From: a bacterium
Lineage (GTDB): Bacteria; Patescibacteriota; Minisyncoccia; Phycocordibacterales; Zambryskibacteraceae
Length of the DNA stretch: 10,953 bases
Assembly (NCBI GenBank): GCA_030649135.1
Contig: JAUSGI010000003.1
Span: forward strand, 1-10,953
Direction: 5' to 3'
The position numbers and the translations under genes are program-made. Under the pieces are notes generated by a model. The model ran no database searches. It had not been told where the DNA came from and saw only the letters and a program-made list of their open reading frames with translations. Below are positions 1-7,672 of the stretch, piece by piece; the stretch's first letter is position 1, and every line of letters starts with the position of its first letter.

Positions 1-418
1 AGGGACTTCATCCATCACGCGGCGTCGCTCGATCAGGCTTTCGCCCATTGTCGAATATTCTCGGCTACTGCCACCCGTAGGTGTATGGACCGTGTCTCAG
101 TTCCATCGGTGGGGGTCACCCTCTCAGGTCCCCTAAGCGTCGTTGCCTTGGTAGGCCGTTACCCTACCAACTAGCTGATACTCCGCAGGCCACTCCGGAA
201 GCGAATTGCTCCTTTGGTATTGCTACCACATCTGGGATTACCCCCGCTTTCGCGAAGCTATACCAGACTTCCGGGTATGTACCTACGTATTACTACCTCG
301 TCTGCCACTAATTCAGATCGAGTCTTGCGACTTGATTTGAATCCGTTTGACTTATATGCCTCATCCACGCTGCCAGCGTTCATCCTGAGCTAGGATCAAA
401 CTCTAAATTTTAACGGAA
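1..418 (-). rRNA. rrs: 16S rRNA, 5' portion (about 415 nt). The gene continues beyond the left edge of the window.
   Basis: The reverse complement of 395-415 reads AGAGTTTGATCCTAGCTCAGG, the universal 16S 5' end. Collinear matches to 16S follow, including GAACGCTGGC, GGTAACGGCCTACCAAGGC, ACTGAGACACGGTCCA, and the 338 region as ACACCTACGGGTGGCAGTAG instead of ACTCCTACGGGAGGCAGCAG. Lengths match E. coli 16S with no insertion in the visible part. Confidence 0.93.
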
Positions 419-574
419 CAAAACAGAAAACAATATTTGGTTTCCATTTCCCCCATCGAGTCTGTCCTCGCTCACTTGGTTTCATTTTTTAGAATAGAAC
501 AGTTATTGTACTGCTCTTATCTTGTAATTCATTCAATTTTCAAAGTACACTGCCGTCCCAACTGGACGGTTTTA

Positions 575-585
575 AAGCGTAGTTA
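575..585 (-). promoter_or_regulatory. boxA-like antitermination motif in the 16S leader (minus strand CGCTTTAAAAC). A hairpin ccgtcc-N5-ggacgg lies adjacent at 554-572.
   Basis: It resembles the rrn boxA consensus (T)GCTCTTTAACAA. Position and orientation are appropriate, between the promoter and mature 16S. Confidence 0.3.
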
Positions 586-598
586 GGACGTGGGCATA

Positions 599-626
599 AG
601 TATACGGATATCATTCTTGGAGTCAA
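599..626 (-). promoter_or_regulatory. Sigma70-like promoter for the 16S rRNA: -35 TTGACT (revcomp of 621-626), 16-nt spacer, -10 TATACT (revcomp of 599-604).
   Basis: The minus strand reads gggggtcTTGACTccaagaatgatatccgTATACTtatg, 7 nt downstream of the secF stop codon and about 175 nt upstream of the 16S 5' end. Confidence 0.45.
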
Positions 627-632
627 GACCCC

Positions 633-1517
633 CTATTTCCTCCGAAATTTATAGAAAGTGACAAGCAAAGGCGAGGCCACAAAGATGGAGGAGTAGGTAC
701 CGGCAATCACTCCGATGATTAAGAGGAGGGCAAAATCTTTGGTAGCCGGAGAACCGATGAGAAAAAGGGCAAGTAGAGTTATAAAGATAGTCAGAGAAGT
801 ATTGATGGAACGACCAAATGTTTGGGTAACAGATTTCCCGACTATAACCTCGAAATCTTCGTGCGTATTCGTCTCTTTGCTGATACGTAAGTTCTCTCTA
901 ACACGGTCAAACACCACAATCGTGTCATGCACCGAGTAACCAAGAATTGCTAAGAGCCCCGTGACAAAAAGCAGGTCAATTTCTGCTCCCATGTAGTGCC
1001 CGAGCAAGACGAACGCCCCGGTCGGAATGATAATGTCGTGTGCGAGCGCCACGATAGTGGCAAGACCATATTTCCAAGACGAAACAGGTTGGGAAACCTT
1101 TCTGAAAGCAAAGGTGATAAAAAGCACAATCATCAGTATCACCACGAGAATAGCCTTGACTGCCTTGTCCTTAAGCTCTCGACCGGCTACAGGACCGATA
1201 GTGTTTTGTCTTTCCACGACGGCACTACCTAGAACCTCGATAAGCGCCTGTCTTTCCTCGGTAGTTAATTCTCTGGTACGGATGGCGTAATTAGCATCTC
1301 CGGAGGGACGAATTGAAATACCGCCCAGATTAAGCGCACCGATTTTTGATTCCACTTCATTCTGTGCCGGCCTTTCCGAAAATTTTACTTCTGTCAGGGT
1401 ACCACCCTTGAAGTCGATGGAGGTGTTAAACCCGAACACATACATTGCCCATAGAGAAACCGCGAGCAATAGACCGGAGATGGCGAAGAATATTTTCCTG
1501 TGTCGGACGATAAACAT
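633..1517 (-). CDS. secF: Protein-export membrane protein SecF
   Basis: 294 aa. N-terminal TM, the DFKGGT motif typical of SecF, and multiple C-terminal TM helices. ATG start 1 nt after the secD stop. Confidence 0.9.
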   Translation of the reverse strand: MFIVRHRKIFFAISGLLLAVSLWAMYVFGFNTSIDFKGGTLTEVKFSERPAQNEVESKIGALNLGGISIRPSGDANYAIRTRELTTEERQALIEVLGSAVVERQNTIGPVAGRELKDKAVKAILVVILMIVLFITFAFRKVSQPVSSWKYGLATIVALAHDIIIPTGAFVLLGHYMGAEIDLLFVTGLLAILGYSVHDTIVVFDRVRENLRISKETNTHEDFEVIVGKSVTQTFGRSINTSLTIFITLLALFLIGSPATKDFALLLIIGVIAGTYSSIFVASPLLVTFYKFRRK

Positions 1518-1518
1518 A

Positions 1519-2844
1519 TTATTTGTGGAAACCGTTACTGAAGAAGAATCTTTTGGTTTGGGTATCTGTGCGGGGCGCTATGGCAAAGAGGAAAGTGCGG
1601 CTGACGGTGATGGCGGTGAACATACTGATAAGCACTCCAATGCCCAAAGTCAGAGCAAAACCTTTGACTGCGGAAGTGCCGAGCCAAAAGAGTACCACCG
1701 CGGTAATGATTGAGGAGATATTTGAATCACGTATCGAGAGCCATGCTCTTTTGAATCCTTCATGCAGGGAGTCATGGATATTCTTATTTTTTTTAAGCTC
1801 CTCTTTCGTACGCTCAAAGATAAGCACATTGGCATCTACCGCCATGCCAATGGAAAGAATAAACCCAGCGATACCTGCGGCGGTGAGAGTAATGGGAATG
1901 AGTTTGAAAATGACAAGCGAGAGAATAATGTAGGAGACCAAGGCCACTACCGAGACCAGTCCCGGCAAGCGATACCAGAGAATCAAGAATAGCGAAAGCG
2001 CGATAAATCCAATTATGCCGGCTCGTACTCCAGAATTAAGAGCGGCTTCCCCGAGAGTGGCTCCCACGGTCTCGCTGGTAGAGAGAGTGATAGGCACCGG
2101 CAGGGCTCCGTAATTCAAATTACGTACCAAATCTTTCGCCTCCACGGGGGTGAAGGAACCAGTAATCTGCGCCTTACCATCATTAATCTCATCCACAATG
2201 ACAGGGGCCGAGAGCACCGCGCCGTCAAGCACGATACCCAAGACCTCTCCTTTATGCTCGCGAGTAATCTTGGCAAAGAGCTCACCTCCCTCCTTATTAA
2301 ACTCGAGCCCGACCAACGCAGCACCCGTACTCGGATTAAACTCTACTCGCGCTCGCGACAAATATCGACCGGACAGACCGGTAGGAACGAACAACTTATC
2401 GAGAGGCGCCTCTGGGTTAGCTTTCAATATTTCCTCTGTGTTGGGACTTGCCAAACGGAACTCAAGCAAGGGTGTCTGGCCTATGAGTGCGACGGCTTGA
2501 TCGATATCAGTTATGCCGGGCAGACCCACTATCAAGCGCTCGTCCTTGTTGCCCGATACTAATCCGGCACTTTCGGTCTGTACTAAAGGTTCGGAGACGC
2601 CGAAAATATTGACTCTGCGTTCGATGACCTCCTTCAAACTTTCCATAGCGCCGCGGGTATCATCCACTTTGGAAGTGTCGGCTTTGTATACCAGTTCCGT
2701 ACCCCCCACCAAGTCAAGCCCGAAACTGAAGGGGAATTTCGCCCCGGGTCTTTGTTCGACTACCAAAAAATAGCCCAGAAATATGAAAACAGCGAGGAGA
2801 ACGGCCGAAAGATAGATGTGCTTTCCTAATCCCATAGTGCGCAA
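1519..2844 (-). CDS. secD: Protein-export membrane protein SecD. The ORF-track start is TTG at 2844, and an in-frame ATG at 2835 (Met4) is the more likely start.
   Basis: 441 aa. GLDLVGGT motif, periplasmic domain followed by 6 TM helices. Tightly linked to secF, with TAA-n-ATG spacing. Confidence 0.9.
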   Translation of the reverse strand: MRTMGLGKHIYLSAVLLAVFIFLGYFLVVEQRPGAKFPFSFGLDLVGGTELVYKADTSKVDDTRGAMESLKEVIERRVNIFGVSEPLVQTESAGLVSGNKDERLIVGLPGITDIDQAVALIGQTPLLEFRLASPNTEEILKANPEAPLDKLFVPTGLSGRYLSRARVEFNPSTGAALVGLEFNKEGGELFAKITREHKGEVLGIVLDGAVLSAPVIVDEINDGKAQITGSFTPVEAKDLVRNLNYGALPVPITLSTSETVGATLGEAALNSGVRAGIIGFIALSLFLILWYRLPGLVSVVALVSYIILSLVIFKLIPITLTAAGIAGFILSIGMAVDANVLIFERTKEELKKNKNIHDSLHEGFKRAWLSIRDSNISSIITAVVLFWLGTSAVKGFALTLGIGVLISMFTAITVSRTFLFAIAPRTDTQTKRFFFSNGFHK

Positions 2845-2857
2845 TTATACGGCAAAT

Positions 2858-4207
2858 CTAGCGCCCGGCAATAGAAGCAAAAGTCTTAAGCGTCTGAAGA
2901 GCTATCTTTAGATCCAATAGGAAAGAACGGTTTTTGATGTAGTAGAGGTCGTAGGAAAGCTTGTTTTTAGTTTTATCCACATCAGTGCCATGGTGCGGGT
3001 GCTCGCCATATATCTGCGCCCAACCGGAGAGACCGGGTTTAATCAGGTGACGAACATTGTAGTAGGAAATCTCGTCAGTATAGCGCTTGACTGCTTCCGG
3101 GAATTCCGGCCGTGGCCCGATGAGCGAAATGTCGCCCCGAAGCACATTCCACAATTGTGGGAATTCATCTAGCCGAGTTTTCCTAAGAAAGTTGCCCACT
3201 CGAGTTACTTTATTCACCACATCTGTAGTCTGCCAATCACCGTTGTCGTTGAAAAGCATGGTCCGAAATTTCAAGATACGGATAATGTGGTTATTTCGCC
3301 CAACACGGTCCTGGACGGTAAAAATGGGCCCACTGCCTTCAAGTTTCATAGCCACAAAAATAAAAGGGCATGCGAGTATAGGAACCACAAGCAGAGGGAT
3401 GGACAGCAAGATATCCATTAAACGCTTCAGAATATCGTACCCACCGCGGGACGCAGTGGAAATATTCTCCAGAAACCAATCGTACCGAAGGAGTGAGAGC
3501 GGTACTCTGTCAAAAATATCCTCGTAAATCTTGTGCATATCGATAAAACTGATTTTGGAGAAAATCAGATTATAGAGATGGGGTAAGACGGGCTCGACAT
3601 TTTTATTGGCGAGGTCAATGGCTATAACGGAGACATCCTCGGCATAAACATGTGAGATAATCTCGTCCCAGAAACCCTTCTCATCGGCGCGATTCAGATC
3701 GACTGAAGAGACAAATTTGATATTGTAAATTGAATTGTTGTTGACTTCTTCATAGAGCTCTTTCATCTCATCTCCGGAGCCAATCAGGATGGCATTGTTC
3801 GGATGACCGTGGCCAATGATGAAGTAGCCATACATTCTCCAAGAAAGAATGAGCGCGAAAGATACTACCAGATATATGAATAGGATAGTCTTAGGCGTAA
3901 TACCGAAGAATGGTATGAAGTAAAAAAACATCACCGCCAAAGCTGAACTAGCCAGTTGAGTATTGGTGATAATAGTCGGCAGTTTCGACTTTAGAATAAC
4001 CGTGTGTTTCTCATATAAGCCGGCAATGTAGAAAACGAGAATCCATAGCACAAAAAGTATGCTAAAAGGCAGAAAGTGCGTTAGGAATAAGTCATTAGAT
4101 GGCACTTCCAAGCCCCGTATTAAAAGAGACAGCCAAAGCGCTACCACAAAAGAGCAAATGTCTCCCAAAAGCAGAATAAGGGCCTCTTTCCTATTGAGCA
4201 AACTCAT
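2858..4207 (-). CDS. Polyprenyl-phosphate hexose-1-phosphate transferase (bacterial sugar transferase, WbaP/CpsE-like initiating phosphoglycosyltransferase)
   Basis: 449 aa. N-terminal TM helices, then a C-terminal domain with DEFPQLWNVLRGDISLIGPRPE, the hallmark of the bacterial sugar transferase family. A TATAAT hexamer lies 8 nt upstream of the ATG on the minus strand, so a leaderless or short-leader transcript is possible. Confidence 0.85.
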   Translation of the reverse strand: MSLLNRKEALILLLGDICSFVVALWLSLLIRGLEVPSNDLFLTHFLPFSILFVLWILVFYIAGLYEKHTVILKSKLPTIITNTQLASSALAVMFFYFIPFFGITPKTILFIYLVVSFALILSWRMYGYFIIGHGHPNNAILIGSGDEMKELYEEVNNNSIYNIKFVSSVDLNRADEKGFWDEIISHVYAEDVSVIAIDLANKNVEPVLPHLYNLIFSKISFIDMHKIYEDIFDRVPLSLLRYDWFLENISTASRGGYDILKRLMDILLSIPLLVVPILACPFIFVAMKLEGSGPIFTVQDRVGRNNHIIRILKFRTMLFNDNGDWQTTDVVNKVTRVGNFLRKTRLDEFPQLWNVLRGDISLIGPRPEFPEAVKRYTDEISYYNVRHLIKPGLSGWAQIYGEHPHHGTDVDKTKNKLSYDLYYIKNRSFLLDLKIALQTLKTFASIAGR

Positions 4208-4275
4208 AGACGTGCATTATACAACAATAAACCTAAAATAGGAAGTGCACCCACACCCCCTAATATACCCTCAAC

Positions 4276-4311
4276 TACGCTACAATATGCCTATAGGTAG
4301 TGAATAACGTA
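4276..4311 (+). repeat. 36-bp direct repeat, left copy. It contains the -10-like TACAAT (4281-4286) and the palindromic core CCTATAGG, and ends on the A of the ATG at 4311.
   Basis: TACGCTACAATATGCCTATAGGTAGTGAATAACGTA aligned against 4881-4916 gives 30/36 identities, with a perfect 16-nt core TATGCCTATAGGTAGT. Confidence 0.8.
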
Positions 4312-4880
4312 TGGGTAAGTTAGAGAAAAAAGACAGAAAAAGAGGCGGGAAAGAGAATTTGCAGAGAATCATTTTGAGTTCAGTAGCCGCCGTCGGTGCT
4401 TTAAGTATTGGTCTTATTGCGCCAAATGTTATCAATGCCCTGAACAAACTTGGTATTTTGCCCAAACTTCGCCAGCAAGAGTACACCTCTTCTTCCGCTT
4501 CAAAACTTGTTAGACGAGGACTATTAAAGTTTAAGGATGGTTATTATCGACTAACAATAGATGGAGAAAAGGTACTGAGAAGATGGGAGTTATCAGATTA
4601 TAAATTAAAAAAACCAAAAAAGTGGGACAGAAAATGGAGAATGATCATTTTTGACATTCCGGAAAAGAAAAAGGGAATACGGAAACAAGTAACGGCCCTT
4701 TCCAACCAAGCGGGGTTCTATCGATTACAAGATAGTGTTTGGGTGTATCCATATGATTGTGAAGATATTATTGGACTTCTGAAAACAGATTTTGGTATTG
4801 GAAAAGATTTACTTTATGTCATCGCTAGTGAAATAGAAAACGATCGCCATCTTCGTTATAAATTTGGCCTCAACTCTTGA
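4311..4880 (+). CDS. PaaX-family-like transcriptional regulator: N-terminal winged-helix plus a C-terminal PaaX-C/Cas2-like domain
   Basis: 189 aa. The C-terminal segment KKWDRKWRMIIFDIPEKKKGIRKQVTALSNQAGFYRLQDSVWVYP matches the PaaX pattern as I recall it (WDGKWLLLL...GFG.L..S.W..P). The N-terminal part resembles a wHTH (..LVRRGLLKFKDGYYRLTIDGEKVL). This rests on recalled motifs, not a database search. Confidence 0.55.
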   Translation: MGKLEKKDRKRGGKENLQRIILSSVAAVGALSIGLIAPNVINALNKLGILPKLRQQEYTSSSASKLVRRGLLKFKDGYYRLTIDGEKVLRRWELSDYKLKKPKKWDRKWRMIIFDIPEKKKGIRKQVTALSNQAGFYRLQDSVWVYPYDCEDIIGLLKTDFGIGKDLLYVIASEIENDRHLRYKFGLNS

Positions 4881-4916
4881 TACGTCATATTATGCCTATA
4901 GGTAGTAGATAACGTA
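4881..4916 (+). repeat. 36-bp direct repeat, right copy. It contains the -10-like TATTAT (4888-4893) and starts immediately after the TGA stop of the preceding gene.
   Basis: TACGTCATATTATGCCTATAGGTAGTAGATAACGTA. See the left copy. No gene follows on the plus strand. Confidence 0.8.
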
Positions 4917-4970
4917 GTTTGTAAATATACGTCCAAGGAGACGGGATATTTGAAATAAAATGAAGATCGC

Positions 4971-4996
4971 CCAGCGCGCATGCGCGCTGGGCGGAG
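4971..4996 (-). terminator. Rho-independent terminator (26-nt perfect palindrome CGCCCAGCGCGCATGCGCGCTGGGCG) for the minus-strand receiver gene. It may be bidirectional.
   Basis: Perfect GC-rich inverted repeat. On the minus strand it is followed by ATCTTCATTTTATTTCAAAT (T-rich), 38 nt downstream of the receiver stop codon. Confidence 0.6.
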
Positions 4997-5034
4997 AAAA
5001 CAAACTTCATCACTCGAGTGGGACGAGAACGGCA

Positions 5035-5400
5035 CTACAACTCCTTGAGGATCTTGGAAACGAGCATCGAGATCATGTGTTTCTCTGCCTCGTGGCTACA
5101 ACCGATCTTCATCATTTGCTTCCGGAAGATGGAGCTTCCGGAAGCAGCCACGATGGGGCCCGGGAAAGTCTGGCGCATCTTCTGAATGAGCGATGCAGAA
5201 TTCAGCTTCTCACCGCCCACGCTACCATCTATGATCACGAGGGTGAGGTCGGCATTGGCTTCGAAAAGCCGTTCACCATCTTCTACAGAAGAGGCCACAA
5301 TGACTTCGGCACCTTCCCTCTTGAGATGGCGAGTCCATATGCGCTGCCATTCTTCCTCGTCCTCGACGATCAGAACTTTCGGTGAACTCGCTGTTGTCAT
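5035..5400 (-). CDS. Stand-alone response-regulator receiver domain protein (CheY-like)
   Basis: 121 aa. KVLIVEDEEE acidic pocket, the phospho-acceptor Asp context LTLVIIDG, and a conserved Lys region. GGAG Shine-Dalgarno 9 nt upstream of the ATG. No output domain and no histidine kinase in the window. Confidence 0.8.
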   Translation of the reverse strand: MTTASSPKVLIVEDEEEWQRIWTRHLKREGAEVIVASSVEDGERLFEANADLTLVIIDGSVGGEKLNSASLIQKMRQTFPGPIVAASGSSIFRKQMMKIGCSHEAEKHMISMLVSKILKEL

Positions 5401-5468
5401 GATAAGGTTCTCCTAAGTTAGTGATGTACTGCGGGCTCGAGAAGTTGGCTGTTCTTTGATAACTATAT

Positions 5469-6566
5469 ATGATAAAATGGCTATTGTCAATGAAAATTCT
5501 CTACGGTATAACCAAATCAAATTTTGGAGGCGCCCAGCGCTATGTATATGAATTGGCAGTAGAAGCTAAGAAGCTCGACCACAACGTGGCAGTACTCTGC
5601 GGTGGAAATGGCCCTCTTGCCCAAAAATTGAAAGCGGAAAATATCAGGGTTATTACCATACCCGGCTTCGGTAGAGATATGGCTTTATTAGCCGATGTCT
5701 CCCATCTGTTGTTTATCATTAAAACTGTTTGGCGTGAGAAGCCAGATGTCTTTCATATTAGTAGTGCCAAAATGGGAGGCGCGGGAATTTTTTCTGGTCG
5801 TCTGTTGGGTATCAGGAAAATAATCTTCACGGCCCACGGCTGGGCATTCAATGAACCGCGTCCGGCATGGCAGAAAGTTCTTATAAAATTTTTTACTTGG
5901 GTAACTATACTCTCGGCGCACAAAACTATTTTCGTGTCGGAAAAAACTAAAAAAGACGCCGAGAGGTGGCCCTTCATAAAAAATAAATTGACCGTGATTC
6001 ACAACGGGATATCAAGGTTTAACCTTGCTCAACGTGAAGATGTGTCGTTCACAGTCGGGACAATCGCAGAACTGCATAGAATCAAGGGCTTGGATATCTT
6101 GCTCAAAGCTTGGAATAAATTTCACAAAAAGCACCCAGAAGCGAAGCTCGTCATCATGGGTACTGGAGAGGAGAAAGAGAATTTAGAAACCCAAGCTCAA
6201 GAACTGGGCATTACTGATTCAGTAAACTTCAAAGGCTATGTGGAAAATGCCAAACAATATTTATCAAGCTTCGACATCTTCGTCCTACCCTCCCGTTCAG
6301 AAGCTATGCCTTACACTCTGTTAGAAGCAGGCTTGGCTGAACTACCGGTCATCGCGACTTCTGTGGGAGGTATTCCGGAGGTTATTGAAAGCGGCATAAA
6401 CGGTGTCCTCGTGCCAGCAGAGGAAGAGGAGGCCCTCTTCTCCACTCTCGTACTTTTGGCCGAAGATGAAGAGTTAAGAAAACGCCTTGGCACTAATTTG
6501 AAATCATCAGTCCAAGAAGATTTTTCATTCGAAAAAATGGTGAAAAATACTTTTGCTTTGTATTAA
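5469..6566 (+). CDS. Glycosyltransferase family 4 (GT-B fold, group 1 glycosyltransferase). An alternative start is Met8 at 5490.
   Basis: 365 aa. N-terminal MKILYGITKSNFGGAQRY, typical of GT4 N-domains. C-terminal EAMPYTLLEAGLAELPVIATSVGGIPEVI is the E-X7-E motif region. Confidence 0.85.
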   Translation: MIKWLLSMKILYGITKSNFGGAQRYVYELAVEAKKLDHNVAVLCGGNGPLAQKLKAENIRVITIPGFGRDMALLADVSHLLFIIKTVWREKPDVFHISSAKMGGAGIFSGRLLGIRKIIFTAHGWAFNEPRPAWQKVLIKFFTWVTILSAHKTIFVSEKTKKDAERWPFIKNKLTVIHNGISRFNLAQREDVSFTVGTIAELHRIKGLDILLKAWNKFHKKHPEAKLVIMGTGEEKENLETQAQELGITDSVNFKGYVENAKQYLSSFDIFVLPSRSEAMPYTLLEAGLAELPVIATSVGGIPEVIESGINGVLVPAEEEEALFSTLVLLAEDEELRKRLGTNLKSSVQEDFSFEKMVKNTFALY

Positions 6567-7672
6567 ATTACCCTCGGTCCTTGGGAATAGCGCTTCATGC
6601 TCGAGAGCATGCCGAGGGCAAACCACTCGGTCACTAAATGCGACCCACCGTAACTCATAAATGGAAAAGTGATACCCGTCACTGGTAAGACACCCATATT
6701 CATACCGGCATTGATGGCAATTTGGACAGAGAGCCAGATGACCACGCCTAGACCGAAAAAAGTTTCGAAATTAGTGGCAGCTAATTGAGCACTACTTGTG
6801 ATGCCCGCCAGTAAGACAAAACAGGAGAGCAAGAGAATAACTGCGCCGACAAAACCCCACTCTTCGGTGAAAGCGGCGAAAATAAAATCAGTCTCGTATT
6901 CCGGCAGAAAGCGTAGTTTCGACTGGCTACCTTGGCCAATTCCCTTACCAAGTACCCCGCCGGAACCAACAGCGACAGTTGATTGATAAGCGTTGTAGCC
7001 GGCACCTCGAACATCTGCGAGCGGATGAATAAAAGAGATAATACGAGCTTTCTGATAAGGGGCAAAAACCGACGTCCAAAGAATAGCCGAGGCCACTATC
7101 CCCAAAATTACTACGAAGGCAAAGTGTTTCTTGGAAATACCGGAGACTAGTACCATGCCTAACCAAATTCCGAAGATGACAATAGCCCCGCCAAAATCCG
7201 GCTGTAAAAAGACAAGCAAGAAAATCAGGAGGGCATAGACACCCGAGACCAGGATGTGCCGCAGATTTTTTATCTCAACGTGCCGGCGGGAAAAATATTT
7301 CGAGAGCATTAAGACTATTACCAGCTTGGCCGGATCAGAAGGTTGAAATGCGAAAGCTCCAAATTGAAACCAACTCTGCGCACCTCTGGTCGCTTGGCCC
7401 ACGACCAAAAGAAAAGCCAGCACTATTAGAGTAGCGACAAAAATTGGCACGAGCACTCTGGTCCGGCGCAGAAACCGCCAGTCAACCGTAGTGGCGACAA
7501 AGAAAATAATGAGTGATACGAGGAGCCAGATACTCTGACGGAAGAAAAAATAATTCTCACCGGAGAACGAGTCCATAGTGACCAGTCCGGCCAGAGACAA
7601 TAGGGCCGCTGGCACAAACATATACCAGTCAACATGGAGCCTCTCTCTAAACTTGAGTCCAAGCCCGATCAT
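6563..7672 (-). CDS. SEDS-family peptidoglycan glycosyltransferase (FtsW/RodA/SpoVE)
   Basis: 369 aa and about 10 TM helices. Conserved SEDS blocks FLPEYETDFIFAAFTEEWGFVGA and GVLPVTGITFPFMSYGGSHL. Convergent 4-bp overlap (TTAA) with the GT4 stop, and 4-bp ATGA overlap with the upstream VWA gene. Confidence 0.85.
   Translation of the reverse strand: MIGLGLKFRERLHVDWYMFVPAALLSLAGLVTMDSFSGENYFFFRQSIWLLVSLIIFFVATTVDWRFLRRTRVLVPIFVATLIVLAFLLVVGQATRGAQSWFQFGAFAFQPSDPAKLVIVLMLSKYFSRRHVEIKNLRHILVSGVYALLIFLLVFLQPDFGGAIVIFGIWLGMVLVSGISKKHFAFVVILGIVASAILWTSVFAPYQKARIISFIHPLADVRGAGYNAYQSTVAVGSGGVLGKGIGQGSQSKLRFLPEYETDFIFAAFTEEWGFVGAVILLLSCFVLLAGITSSAQLAATNFETFFGLGVVIWLSVQIAINAGMNMGVLPVTGITFPFMSYGGSHLVTEWFALGMLSSMKRYSQGPRVI

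Noticed and set aside
81-311. 76-aa plus-strand ORF
   Set aside because: It lies entirely inside the 16S rRNA gene on the opposite strand. It is a spurious ORF in structured RNA.
1408-2773. Multiple 60-140-aa plus-strand ORFs (1408-1713, 1523-1933, 2150-2500, 2254-2562, 2513-2773)
   Set aside because: They are shadow ORFs antisense to secF and secD with no recognisable motifs.
4311-4880. Cas2-like signature (WRMIIFDIPE…RLQDSVW) suggesting a CRISPR adaptation gene
   Set aside because: There is no CRISPR array, cas1 or repeat-spacer structure in the window. The whole-protein pattern fits the PaaX family (wHTH plus PaaX-C) better.
4960-5385. 141-aa plus-strand ORF antisense to the receiver gene
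   Set aside because: The minus-strand frame has clear receiver-domain homology and a Shine-Dalgarno sequence. The plus ORF begins inside the palindromic terminator and has no recognisable domains.
6781-7662. Small ORFs on both strands inside the SEDS gene (6781-7065, 6798-6986, 6945-7166, 7426-7662)
   Set aside because: They are alternative-frame or antisense shadows of a well-supported membrane protein gene.
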